From the NCBI GenBank assembly GCA_965112155.1, contig OZ218109.1: a stretch of 64,000 nucleotides of DNA; one strand, given 5' to 3'. Under the pieces are notes generated by a model. That model was not told where the DNA came from. It saw nothing but the letters and a program-made list of their open reading frames with translations, and ran no database searches. Both the position numbers and the translations under genes were made by a program. Of the stretch, positions 1 to 13,369 are shown in pieces; within the stretch, counting starts at the first letter, position 1, and each line of letters opens with the position of its first letter. The stretch is from Podarcis liolepis (taxonomy: Eukaryota).

Positions 1-3000
1 ACCTGCCTCTGGCTACACCTCCTTTTGCTTGTGGTCACAGCCACTACTGGCCTCTGGAAGGTTGTCCTTAAGGAAATGCAGCCCTCTGGCTGAAAAGGGT
101 TTCCCGTCCCTGTCACAGAGTGTTTACTTGAGTGAGTTGGCCTCTCTAGGTTCCACCATTAACGCTCTTTTAATTCCACTCAGTTTTGCATTCTAGAGCA
201 GTTGAGTGCAAATGTGGCTGCTATGGTGGTGGCGATTATTACCCACAACTGTAATTGAGCCATGCCAAGACACATTCCGATGCAGATACGCTATCCTAGG
301 TTAGCGTGATAAGAGTATATAGCAACAGAATTGTGTTTGAATAAGTGCTGCAGTGCTTCGTCTCCATTCTGTAAACAGTGTTAACTGGGTATCTTGGAAC
401 TGTAATGGAAACCACTTGAAGGTGCCCAGGAGAATAAGAGCAGTTTCTGTGTTGAGCCAGTACTGACTGAAGTGTCTGGAAGCAGACTTGTAAAAGAGCT
501 GTTATACGTTTCCAGATGACTACAGGAAACTCCCAGAAGAATGGGAAAATTCTAGTTTCTGACCAGTTCCTACATAGCAAACCATGAGTGAATCAGAAGT
601 TGTCCCCACAAAAATACACACCATGGCTTGTTTCTCCAAAGCTTGGTTTGTTTTCTGGCTGCTCGTGCCTTTGAAACTTGGTGAGCCTATGGGGTGAGGT
701 TGTTTGGATTTAAAACTACCTCTAGTGGTCTTGCCATGTCCATTTGATACTAAAAAGGCCCTGGCCACCAAACTGTCATAGTCATATGGTGACAACTCAC
801 TTCGTGCTGCTGGGCCAGGAGTTGTGCCACCCGTTTTAGCTGCTTATTTGCCAACAATGCTGCTCATAGGATTGTGCTGCTGTTCCATAAAACTAAAGAA
901 ATAATTAATGATTCTCTGACAACCAAGAATGCAAGCTGTTCAAAACATATTGCAGGCTTTTCGACCAAGCCATTGGGTCATCTCCTTGGGTAGATTTGGA
1001 GACTTTCCAGCTTCCCTGCTCTAGAGATAAAACAGTATTTGACAGCCCTGCATTCTAGGCTTATTATGACTTGAATGAATTAAGAACAATAGATTTCAGT
1101 TGTAACTCACTTCCAAGTATTTATGCTTAGATGTGCAGCCTCGGGCTGCAACATTCCCCCTACAAGTTAACTTTCTCATTATTACTAAAAACAAATAAAA
1201 TTCCATAACACTTTGTTGTAGATGTATCTAGCAAATGAATGCTGTGACTTATTGGGATGGTTCAGCCATAACAAGAAACTAGTTCCCATTCTGAGAACAA
1301 GCCTTGGGATTCTGTGCTTCCTTCTCTTTTGTGCATCAGAGAAGATTAAGCACTGCCACTTCAAAGAAGCCTTAGTTCCCTGTAATGTGCAAATAACTGT
1401 GGTTTGTTTAAACCAAAAATTGGGATTGTGACCCTTCACTTGTTGGACTACAACTCCCATAATTCTTGACCAATGTCCGGGGCTTGATAGGGAATCCCAC
1501 ATTGGGAGGGCATGGTGTTGTCAATAGGGTGTAGGGTGTTGGACCAGGACCTCAGAGACTAGGGTTCAAATCCCCACTCATCCATGAAGCTCACTTGGGC
1601 CCATCATTACCCAGCATGAGGATACAACACGGAGGAGGAGTGGTGGGTTAGAAATGTAATATAATAATGAAATGTGGTTGTCTCCAATCTCTTGAACACA
1701 AAAGAGGAGTAGAGAGTGAGAGAATCTGAGGCTCGTTGCAGCTTGCTCATGTAGCAGGAAACCACAGTTTCCCATCCGGTTTCAATGTCTCCCATTACTT
1801 CTGAACATAATGAAGCGTCCTATAGTGTAATCCATATTTGCACTGTTAATTTAAGGAATTCTCTCATAGTAAGATACTGTTTGCCCTTCTAAATAATACA
1901 CTGAAGCAGATGGACGGCTAGGTTTTCTGTTCCCAGTATTTATGATGGCCACTTATATGGTGGGCTTAGTTTTACAGAAAAGAAAGATTACGCATAGCAC
2001 AAAAAGAAAATGGCTGTGAAGGTTTCAGTCATGTGAAGATTTAATTTCAAGAAGAGCTAAAAGGCCTGGTATTCACAGCTTATTACAGCATCTGGAGATG
2101 TGGGCGGTAGCTAAGAGAGAGAGGCTCAGATATCATCCTAGATGTAGGCAGCAGCTGCAGTACAGATGAAAAAGAGGACTTGGTTCAGCCACCAACTCCA
2201 TTTAGTTTTATTTGTTACAGAGATAAAATAAATGCTTGAGATCAAAGATCCCATTTAGAAGCCTGTCTTCCTAAGTCACTCACCACATACACACAACTCA
2301 TAGGACATTAAAAAGCTATTTACATGCAAACAGCAAAAACATGTGAGAAAAAATCTCACCAGAGAACATTCGCAGATTTCTTTCATAATAGTTTTCCTGT
2401 AAAGTATTCCATGCATTTGATTGTATATATAAGCCAAAATTGAACTTTAAAAAGATGCCTGAATGGTGTAACATCAAATCTGTCTTTGCTGAAAGCTATG
2501 TGTCCCCCTCCTTTCCTGCCTAGTTGTCCCCCAACCAGATTCAAGAAATAAATAAACTGAAGGACGGAGAAGTTAAAAGTAGGATGAGCAAGAGTGTGAG
2601 GGAATTCTACTTTTAAGAAGTGTGCAGCTCAAAGAAGACAGGGTTTCCCCCCTTACAATTGCCCCACACGAAATCATAGCAATTTGGCCACCTGGTTCAT
2701 ACAGGAAGTTGTTTATTGTAATGATAGTCTGGTGCAGCAATATTAATTCCTCTTTCTCAAAGATCTGTGAGATGGATTTGACATTATCAGTTCATTCCTT
2801 CCATCCATCATACTACTTGTTACGGATAGTTCTAAAACTTCGTAGGGAAGCCTTTTGTTAAACTCTGCCCCAATTCTTTGTTCGGTTAGCTTATTTTATT
2901 TTATCTCCTTAGTCATTTTTAGAAAATATTAAGCTCTTTTTTGTTGTTGGTTTTTAATCTTGATTAAATTGTGGAGCTTGGTACTTTCCAACAGAGTTGT

Positions 3001-4861
3001 ATTGCAGATTTAAAATATGCCATCAGAAGAAAAATGCTGGATTTTTAATGCACCATGAATTTTCAGAAGAATTTGTGTATATTTTGCCAAAACCTGATGT
3101 CAGATACAGCCACATAATTAGGTCTAAAATCTTGGCAACTGTATTTAAACCTCCTGAAAGTTAAGACTGTCCTGCTGCTCACCAAGTTAATTTAGTATTA
3201 TAATATTTAACTGGGAAGTGCCTGACTTTGCTTTTATGCATATGATTACAAGCTTTGCAACAATGATATTAGAAAATATTCTCCCAAGCACCAGAAGATT
3301 GAAAGGAAAATAAAGCAAGCAGAACAACAGTCTTGCTCAGAGGTTAAAAAGAGAATATTTAAATATCTTGCAATCATCTATATTTTAATGTGAGATGAAT
3401 ATATTGTTCTCTTGAAATCCTGTTTTTCCATTCTAAGTACAGATGCTGAATATGTTTTATACAGCACAATCAATACAACGTTATTAGAGCTGAGATTTTT
3501 CCATAAAAAACTCTACAAAATTAAGATGAGGCTGAATTTTAAATCTTTTTCTACCTTCACATATTTGATTAAAATATTCCATTAACTGAGCAAAGGCAGT
3601 CAGTTAATGGAATAGCAGGAGGTTGTTTTTGCTTTTTTTAATTTCCTTGGATATTCCATCTCACTATTTTCCTTTGATTAAATATGTGTTCCTACAGAAC
3701 ACCTTTTGATTCCACATTATTTTTACTTGCATTTCACATGTAAGGGGCATCTATTTGTGATTTGCAGCTTATGTCCTTACACATCATGCAGTACAATGGG
3801 ACTTACTCTCTAGTAGGTATGGTTAGGATTGAACCCATTCTCATTCATCAAATTCACTCAGATCCTGTACAATGGTTTAGTCGTTTATTTTCCAAGCAAG
3901 GTCAAGATCCTTACTGTGTCTTGGTCAAGAAACTGAGATGAGGTGCTCTGCTGTGACATAATTTCTGAGTTATCTCTTGGTTTGTTTTCAAAGGCAAGGA
4001 GAAAAAGAAGGTGAGAAACAGGAGAGTGGGGAACGGAGGGGGTGGGAACAGAAGAAAGATAAGAGATGGAGGTTTGGACCAACCCAAAGTCTACTTCCAA
4101 GACTACTGATCTAAAGCTGGTTGTTAGGCTGGGTTTCATTTTGGTGCCTGTTAACCCAGTAATTATTCCTGCTGGACCAAACATGCCAGTAAAATGGCAA
4201 GGTATGAAACCAGGGGATGGAATGTTGTGTGGGATCTGTTCCCTTGGGCTTTCACTGACGGAACAGGCTTGCCTGCCCTGCCCAGATCTCCAGCAGCAAC
4301 GAGAAAGGCGCCATTCAAACAGGTGAGTGCTCTCACAATGCCCTTGGGAACGTGTGTTCTCTGCGGTTCAGTAAAACGTTTGTGTCCGGCATTCAAAGAC
4401 ATCATAAAAGAATGGGAGTATTTTAGGTGTAGAATGCCCTGCGGGCTTTTTGGTATATTTAAATGGTTGCTAAAGAACAGAGAGGGTTTTATTCAGCCAA
4501 AGATAGATGAATTAATGGTTAACAGCCCAACTTGAAACATTGGAAGTGGTGGAACTGTCTTTGATTATTATCACATTTTTTTACTGGTGGGTATTTTATC
4601 ATTATTACTACCCTGTGAGAGAAGTCTAAATCAAGGATGGGAAATCTCTGTTCTTCCTGAGACGTTGGACTCCAACTCCCATCAGCCCCGGCTACCATGA
4701 CCAGTGGTCAGAAAAGATGGGAATTGTAGTCCCTGGAGTGCACCAATTTCCCACTCCAAGGGCTAAGTGGCAGGGTCTGATTGAAGCTTTGTGGCAAAAT
4801 TTGATCCTGGGTTTCTCTGGTATTAGTCCAGTAGGTAACCACCACACCACACTCTGGACAG

Positions 4862-5041
4862 ATCCACACTATATATTTACAGCTCATCTGGCGCACAATT
4901 AAAGCACATGACTTCCCCCAAAGAATCCCAGGAACTGTGGTTTGTTAAAGGTGCTGGAAATTGTACCACTGTGAGGGGGAAATTGCAGAATTCTTTCTTT
5001 TGAAATGTTTCTTGGGTGTACTTTAAATATATGGTGTGGAT
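4862..5041. mobile_element. Palindromic non-autonomous DNA element (MITE), family uncertain
   Basis: Terminal inverted repeat atccacactatatattta ... taaatatatggtgtggat (17/18 match). A related half copy lies near 61690-61772. Confidence 0.6.
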
Positions 5042-5459
5042 TTGCCTTGGCTTGCAAGGTTTATTCTGGCAGCCTTTGGAAGAAAGTCGCTTTTTACAAT
5101 ACAAAACCTGCAGGTAGGATGCAAAGAACTTTGGACAGTATTTCGAGGGAAATATTATGACCTCCAGGCTCTATTTTTCAAGTCTCTGCTTCTGACCTGC
5201 AGTATCTTTACTGGGATTATAATACTGGCCCACTTCACATGGTTGTTGTAATGATAATTGAACGAGGTACATGAAATTCTGTGAACACTTGAATGCACTT
5301 TATAAATCCTAAGGTTGTCAAGGCCAAGGGAGAGATGTTTTTGCTCGTCACAGCACTGTGCTCCATCTGAACTTTGATTTACAACAGAGGTTCTTGAACT
5401 GTCAGCCACGGAAAGGCTGTGGAATAGTTAAGCATATCTGTACTTGGCCCTCTGTTTTA

Positions 5460-5484
5460 TTTGTTTGTTTGTTTGTTTGTTTGT

Positions 5485-5537
<53 letters not shown>
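5460..5537 (+). repeat. Compound microsatellite (TTTG)n(ATCT)n
   Basis: Read directly from the sequence. Confidence 0.95.
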
Positions 5538-7309
5538 CTGGCAAGAATGATCAGTTTTGCAGAACTTGGCTCCCCAAATCAGCACATTCACCGCATGAGA
5601 AAGCAAATGCTAAGGTTATTAAAATTTTGAATGAGTTGCTATAGATTTTTTTTTAAAAAAAAGAAGTTTGAGTGGTCCATCAAGTGGTCCCACCCCCAAG
5701 CAATGTTCAAATGATCCACAAAAAAGACAAATTTGAGAACCACAAATGTATAGCATTTTTACCTTACCCCTTTCTCCAAGATCTTCAGAGAGCCATACTT
5801 GATTTCCTTCCTATTCCCCATTTATTTTTTTATTTTTTGTTACCTAGGTAGACTTGCTTAAGGCCACCCAGTGAATTTGAGCCCCAGTCCTGGACTAAAA
5901 CTGCAGACGTATGTGAGTTTCATAGGCAGATCAAACTGTTTCTGCGTTTTCCTTTGTCCTCTGCTGCCTGGATACCACAAGTGCTATTTGTACAGCAATT
6001 TTAAGTGTGTCACACCTTTGTTAATGAAAGTGTGTCTGTTCTCACTTGTTCTGCGTCAGGTGGACCAGAGCTTAGGTTCCAGCCCTCTGCAGAGAGTTTT
6101 CTGACATCTGATTTAAAGGAATGTGTAAATTGCCTCATGTGGTTAAGTCAGTAGGTAATCTATTTTATTGTACCTAGTTAATGCCTAATTCCAAACTGTA
6201 AAGGCAAAATGAAGTGTTTGAGGGAGAGAAATACTATAAAAGGAAATAGAAAACTTTAGAACCTTCTAGGCTTTAGTGTGCCAGCTAATGCATCCATCCA
6301 CCTTGAGTGATTTTCCTGGCTGTTATGTGTCCTTGAACTGAAATAGCACTTACTGCCTTCCCTAAAGGAGGATGGAGTTGTGGGTAGCTAGATACCACTG
6401 TCCTTTGCATGGCTGGAATGTAGCCTACTGTGCACTGATAAGAGTCACATTCGTTGCTCCGCCCAGTTTTGCTTCTGGGCCCACCCACTGTTTTACATAT
6501 GTCCCCACCCACCACTGGCTTGTAGCCCCCAGAGTTTTGCCCATAAGGCAATGTGGCCATACAGCTGGAAAATGGTATCCTACCCCTTTTTAAATATAAA
6601 TCATAGGTGCAGCAATTATAGTTTCCGGATCCAAATGTTTGTTCATTTCAAATCTCTCAAAAACTTTAAGAACCTAAATTGCAGTTCCACAGCACTATCC
6701 CTGTTCAAAGTGCTTAATAACCACCTTTGCTATTGATCAACACCAGAGAAAAGATGCACTGGATTCAGAAGACTGGATGGCAGGATTCTACATTGTAGGA
6801 CCATGGATTCTACATGCATAGAACTGTTTCCCGTGATTAAAGAGTTTAAATTAACATTTCCAGTCAAAATTAATTTATTTTAACTGCCGTTCTCTGGAAT
6901 TTCTGACTTTTAAAGTGGGCGGTATTGATTATGCATTATTGCAACAAAGAACACTGAGCTCATTGAAGTGCATCAAAAAAGGAGGATGTTTTATGTAATG
7001 GTCAAGGATCTTGTTCCAAGCAAGAGACATAACTCATTTCAAGGCCAGTGTCTGCTTCTCTTTAAATACCATGACTAAGGCCAATGAACATCATGTAAAT
7101 AACACCATCACTGCAAACTGGATCAGGTAATTACCTTGCTTTTCCACCATCAAGTATTTTTTTAAGATTTAAGGGTGTTTTGTTCTGTTTTTACAAAGTA
7201 GCCCTCAAAGAAGGGCGTTCAAATTTTCCGCATCTGTATCATGACATAATATTGGCTTGTATCTGCTCTTCCATTATTTTAAGATTTGTGTAGAAGAACA
7301 TACAAGAAG

Positions 7310-7780
7310 CAGAGGGTCAAAAGATGGAAATCATCTAAGGACTGTAGGCAAGCAAAGGGGAAGCAACATGATAGAGGTGTATGACATAATGCATACTGTG
7401 GAGGAAAGGAAGTTTTCCTCCTTTTCTCATAATATTAGAACTTGGGGTCATCCAATGAAGCCGAGCGTGGGAAAATTCAGGGCAGACAAAAGAACTTCTT
7501 CACACTTTGCATAGTTGAACTTCAGTCTGCTGCCACAAGATGTAGTGATGGCCAACGTGGATGGTTTTAAAAGGCAAATTCATGGAGGATTCGACTATGA
7601 GCAGCTGTAAATCATGATGGCTGAATTACAGTATGCTTCTGTGCATCAGTTCCTGGAGATACGAGTGGGAGAGTACTGTTTGCTCAATGTCCTCCTTGCG
7701 GCCTTTTTCATTAGGCATCTGGTCTGCCACTGTGAAGACTGAATACTGTATTAGATAGACCTCTGGCACAGCTCTTGTTA
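7310..7780 (+). mobile_element. Decayed CR1 LINE 3' fragment
   Basis: Translation MIEVYDIMH...RTWGHPMKPSVGKFRADKR resembles the CR1 ORF2 C-terminus, followed by CR1-type 3' UTR sequence. Confidence 0.8.
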
Positions 7781-7866
7781 TGATCACATCTGATGCATAT
7801 GTTCCCCTTATGTACTCTATGCAGCTGCACTATTATGCTTGGGCAGTCAGAACTTTCTTCTTAGAA

Positions 7867-7995
7867 CAGGGATAGCCACTGTGGTGTCCTTCAGATGTTG
7901 GGAGCTACAACTCCTCCATCCTTGACTATTAGCCATGCTGCCTGGGGCTTATGGGAATTGTAGTCCCAAACACTTTGAGAGCAACATGTTGTCTC
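7867..7995. mobile_element. ~130-bp palindromic hAT-like MITE; representative of about 9 copies (also near 1425-1510, 4632-4755, 9763-9880, 11290-11400, 34264-34392, 34401-34535, 48212-48330, 48765-48898)
   Basis: Shared core GGACTACAACTCCCATCA...TGATGGGAATTGTAGTCC with CAGGG-like termini. Confidence 0.75.
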
Positions 7996-9622
7996 TAGGA
8001 CTGACAAAATGGGAAGGGCTACCAGTCTTAACCCTTCAGGTCCTTGAAGAAGATGCTTCTAACATAAGCTACTGTTCAATAGCAAATGACACTTTATTAT
8101 AGTGGAGTACGTATGATTAAAATGTGACTGCAATTTTTAAAATCTATAACTAGACAATAAAGAACTTGCAAACATGCATAACTTGAAAACTCCAGTTGGC
8201 AGATGTGTGCTATCTATGTGTGATTGTACAAAGGGTGCTCAAAGAACAGTTGCAGGTTAATTATGTGCATTGGCCTGCAGAAATTTATTAAATTAAACAT
8301 ATTCAAGGAAGATGGGTTTGGCAATGGCTAACAGCCATTAGCTAAATTTCATGTTGGCAATATAAATTCACCTTTAAATATTCCTTATGTATCTGCCAAT
8401 CCATTGTAGTGTTAATCCATGTAATGTAATCAATCAAACTCTTTAAATTCTGATTCCCGATTACACTAGGCCTTAGTCCAAATGATGTTTCAAGGAACTG
8501 ATGTGCTTCAGTGTGTTGCACATGAGAGAAGTGACATGGATCTATTAACTGAGATCACAACGAGGAAGTGATTTGGAAGGAAGGTTCCATAATGCCTTTT
8601 CTTACAAAGGATGCAGTTGAAAGAAGTGCCAAGATTCCTTAACCTGGTTCACTACCTCAGAACAAGTCTCCTCAGTGTAGTTCTAATATTTCCACACCAA
8701 ATTTAGCTGCAAAAGCCTCACTTCAAGGGCTCTAGAGAAGGTGAAGCAAACTCTGAGGGGATGACATATATTAATTTTATGTAGAGATAGACAAACCTAC
8801 TTGTTAAGATCAACTGATTCGTTTCCCCTGGGTCTAGAAGAGCAAATACTACTGAGAAGTGGCAGTCTAATCCTGTTAGTACTGTTCTATTTTAGGAGGC
8901 TCTCTGATGTATCCCGGGAACTTTGGAGTCTACTAGGCTCTTTATATAATTCTGTTTGATTAGAGCAAGAGAAGTAGTCCAAAAACGGAACCTGAAACAG
9001 TTCACTTACTCCCCGAGTGCTTATACTTCTACTCTAAAAATAAATAAATATTTTTTTTTGCCGTTTCTGTTCAAGTAGCCTTGTAATTCAGATGAATCCT
9101 GTTTGAGCTTTTATTGAGAGTTGGGTTGTTTATTTATAAGCATACATGGGAGGCAGGGTCTCCCCAGGGTGCCCTGTGATAGTCAGAACACTCTTAAGTG
9201 TGATTTTAATTTGCATGTCCACATATCCTGCATTCCCCTAGGCCTGCAGACAGGAAAATGCAAACACAACTCAGTGGTGGGGAGTGCGGTTTCAGCTTGT
9301 GACAATGAGCCCTGCGTCTCTATTGCCAACTTCACAATAATAATGGCAATCATGGCGGGGATCGTATACCATGACTGCAGAGTCTGGTTGTTAGGACAAG
9401 TTGTGAAGCTTTCTGACTATACACACAGAGGGAGGAATCATATTTCTGATTCCTACCCTATTTACTCCAAGTAAGTGTGAACTTGCAGACATCAGTCAAG
9501 GTGGCTTCAATTATATATAACTGTGTCACTTTGCAGCAATTGCACGTCAATAGATCTGCATGTACTTCCTCTACACAGGAATGCAAATAACTCTGAGCCT
9601 GAGGGTGTCAGCATGTTGCAGG

Positions 9623-9758
9623 CACTGGCGGAGGAAGAGGAGTGCGGGGAGAGCGCCCCGCCCCTGGCAGCGTGATCCCCAGGGTGCCATCGCAGCTGCC
9701 CCCCCCCCCGCCCGTGCTGGGCGCCCCACCCCCGCAGGCGCATGAAGCTCCGCCACTG
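9623..9758. mobile_element. GC-rich 136-bp hAT MITE with a perfect 8-bp TSD
   Basis: TIRs CACTGGCGGAG / CTCCGCCACTG (10/11); TSD GTTGCAGG at 9615-9622 and 9759-9766. Confidence 0.85.
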
Positions 9759-10839
9759 GTTGCAGGGGTAGCCAATGTGGTACTCTCCCAGTTATACTGA
9801 ACCACAGCTCCCCTCCTCCCTGACCTGTGGCTATGCTGGCTTGGGCTGTTGGAAGTCAAATGCCACCATTAAGTATGTGAAATGCTCAGCTGGGCAAGGT
9901 GGTAGTAGTGGGTGAAAAAACCCGTTCATGTTTCAGTTTGCAATCTTTCCAGAAAAGAGAAGTGGAAGAGCAGTTTGCGAGAGGAGTATACTGTATTATA
10001 TTATTTTCTCATTTTCTTTGTGAGTTACTAATTGCTGCATTAAATGCACACAGTTGCTTCTGCCATTGAAAGCCCCATGATGTGAACATTATAAGCATCT
10101 TCCTTCCTGGGAGTGTTTGTACAATACCCATGCCACTTTTTTAAAAAAAAGAAATCAAGAACCTGTTTTCTGCACAGCTTTTACAAATAAAATGAAATGT
10201 TGAGTGCAACAATGCCTGAAGAAAAAGAAATATGCCTTTTCTCAGAGTTATTTCTATATGCACAGGTGTGTAGAGTGGTTATGAAAAGGAAGTGGGTGGT
10301 TTGATGACAAGTGCAATACAACAGCCTGTTCCGTATTTTGAATTCCCTTATGTAGCTTTTTTTGTTTGTTTAAATGCTGTTGAATTTCAGTCTTGTGTCA
10401 TTTTGACTCTCCCCCATGATATTTGGAAATGTTACCAAGTAACAGAAGCTGTTATGCACAAGAGTGACGCTCTTGACATCCGTGGGGTTAGCAACAAAAG
10501 AACCTCTTATGATGTAAATAGGCTGGAGAAGGTCAGCCTTATAATGTTTCTCATGGAGACAGGTACTTTCAGCCAAACGGGAGGTAGTGAGATATAAGCC
10601 TCATCTGCTGGAGGTCTTGGAAACCAGCATAGATCTATTGTCAAGCCAAAATCACCATGGGAAATGGTTCTAGAATGTTTGGAGGGGTGGTTTTCTTTTT
10701 GTATGACAAAAGGGAGAAGTGACAGAGAGTGACAATACTAAGCAAGTTGTGGAGATCAATAGAAGGTCCCCCATATAATTCCCAGTAACTTGGGATCATA
10801 CAGTGAAATAAACTGGCAAGAGATATAAGACAGGCAAAA

Positions 10840-11190
10840 GGGATGTGGGTGGCACTGTGGTCTAAACCACAGAGCCTAGGGCTTGCCGATCAGAAGGTCG
10901 GCAGTTCAAATCCCCGCGACGGGGTGAGCTCCCGTTGCTCAGTCCCAGCTCCTGCCAACCTAGCAGTTCGAAAGCACGTCAAAGTGCAAGTAGATAAATA
11001 GGTACCGCTCCAGCGGGAAGGTAAACGGCGTTTCCGTGCACTGCTCTGGTTTCACACAGAAGCGGCTTAGTCATGCCGGCCACATGACCTGGAAGCTGTA
11101 CACTGGCTCCCTCGGCCAGTAAAGCGAGATGAGCGCCGCAACCCCAGAGTCGTTCGCAACTGGACTTAACTGCCAGGGGTCCTTTACCTT
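10840..11190 (+). mobile_element. Full-length Sauria SINE inserted into a CR1 3' fragment (about 10740-11290)
   Basis: tRNA-like head with A/B boxes, core ...AAAGTGCAAGTAGATAAATAGGTACC..., ACCTTT tail; 15-bp TSD tataagaYaggcaaa at 10824-10838 and 11191-11205. The flanks rejoin into CR1 ORF2-end sequence (IINLWNPLPQDVV). Confidence 0.92.
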
Positions 11191-13066
11191 TATAAGATAG
11201 GCAAAGAACTTTACATTGTGCATAATTAATTTATGGAATCCACTGCCACAAGATGTGGTGAAGGCCATTATCTTAAAGCAGGATTAGGCCAGTGTTATTG
11301 GACCCCCAGATATTTTCCCATCATCCTTGACCACTGACTAAGATGGCTAGGGATGATGGCAATTGTAGTCCAACCAATTCTGGAGATTCTGAACTGTGGA
11401 TTCACAGAGGAAAACTGTTCTATCAGTGATTGCCAGTCACAATGCAACCACTAGTTTCAGCAACAGCAAACAGAACAGGAGTATTCCCTTCATGTCCTAA
11501 TGAGCTTTCCAGAGGCATTTGGTGGGCCATTATGAAGAACAAGTCATTGGTTAAGAATATACCGCTAAGTCTTCTCCAGTGTGGCTTCTCTTGTGTTTTC
11601 ATGCATGCATGAGGCACACACATGGGGGCGCCATAGTGTTTAAAGAACTAGTTATTTCTCTTTGAGGGTCACCTTCAGATTCCACTTTTATGACCTAGAG
11701 AGCTCTTAGTCCCCACTTGGACTTGGCAAGCTATACTATTGCTGCTGCTGACATTCCTAAAAGAGAGACTGTCAAAAAAGGTAACAGTAGTTTAAGGGAA
11801 ATATTATTGGAACATGTATAACACCCTCCAAAACACATCACTGGCCATATCAGGTAATTGCCTTGATCAAATGCTGAGGATCACAGTCTGGCCATGAAGA
11901 AGAAGTCTATTCTAATGAGTACTTTAGCCAAGGGTTAGAGGCTTTCCCATCATTCAGGAAATGTCTGTGAGGAAAAAAATGTGGGATGCAGGGGTAGCTA
12001 ACTTTATTTAGTTAGCCTCCAGAGGCTGTATGCCAGTGGTGTTGGGTGCAATGTTCTCGACTTTTGCATGCTATTAGCAAAGAGGCAAAATGCCTAGATT
12101 GCTATATAGCAACATAAGCAGCTTGTCTTGTTTGTTAATAGGATATACAAGTGGAAAATGCACAGGATGGCTGTAGGACTCGTTAATAGCAATGTAAATG
12201 AGATAAATTAAAATGCAGGTATTGTGAAAAGTAACTGGCTAGGAATAAACAAACAAACTGGGTAACATGTTAATGGCTTTCCTGTAAAATTTCTATTGAT
12301 AGGTGTTTGTCATAGTGACATTCTGTTTCTCACAATAAATAGTGTGGAAATAGATGAACATCTCACCAGAATTAAACTTGCATACTTTCAGCAAAAGCTT
12401 TGAACTCTGGAATAACTCTCACATTTATTCTTATAAGAAATTGTCTTCTAGCCTTCCTCTAAACACACGTATAAGTAAGATGAAAGAACGCCCCAACCCA
12501 CAACTTTTTGATAGCTGCCTCCATATTAATCAGCTCCCACACAAATGCTGGGGAACACTTAAGTAAGCATCATGCCACTGCTCATATAGCTCAGAAGATT
12601 TCCTAATGACTAATCACTCCACCATCATTTTAAAAGATGGGGCAAGTTGAAAAGCTTTGTTCTGCTGTGATTCTATGATAGAGCCAAATAATTAATCTTA
12701 CTGCTAACATCCAAATCTTCTCACAAGCAGAAAATCCCACCCTTAGAAAGGTGCATGCAGTCATTTTTGCAAATCTGTCTCCCTTCCTTGCATAAAAGAA
12801 AATGAGAGTCTGTTTGTTTTTCATTTTGGAAATTCCTTGTCCTACCACAGCTTCCTTTGTCAGATCTCTTATGATTTACCTTTGGCAACTTCTGAATTTT
12901 CAAAGCCAGACAGAATGTTTCTGTTCCATTCTGAGCTTTCTGTGTCCCTAATATTTAAGTTTATTAAATATTATATAGCTTTATCTGGAGGTTTTTATGG
13001 GGATAGTGGGAAGCTAGTGTTAAAGCTCAATCCTATACATGTTTACTTTGAGCTACACCCCGCTGT

Positions 13067-13369
13067 ATCCATTCTGAAGGAAATCAGCCCTGAGTGCTCA
13101 CTGGAAGGACAGATCGTGAAGCTGAGGCTCCAATACTTTGGCCACCTCATGAGAAGAGAAGACTCCTTGGAAAAGACCCTGATGCTGGGAAAGATGGAGG
13201 GCACAAGGAGAAGGGGACGACAGAGGACGAGATGGTTGGACAGTGTTCTTGAAGCTATAAACATGAGTCTGACCAAACTGCGGGAGGCAGTGGAAGACAG
13301 GAGAGCCTGGCGTGCTCTGGTCCATGGGGTCACGAAGAGTCGGACACGACTAAATGACTAAACAACACC
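13067..13369 (+). mobile_element. 5'-truncated BovB (RTE-clade LINE) 3' end
   Basis: SILKEISPECSLEGQIVKLRLQYFGHLMRREDSLEKTLMLGKMEGTRRRGRQRTRWLD...HGVTKSRTRLND* is the BovB ORF C-terminus; (AAC) tail; TSD ccccgctgt at 13058-13066 and 13370-13378. Confidence 0.93.

Noticed and set aside
2622-2861. ORF with PLTIAPHEII, faintly like the UMAD1 C-terminal PFTLAPHVL
   Set aside because: Similarity is limited to a few residues and the rest of the UMA domain is absent.
12837-13361. 174-aa ORF as a gene
   Set aside because: Chance fusion of non-coding sequence to the truncated BovB C-terminus; non-ATG start and no promoter or splice support.
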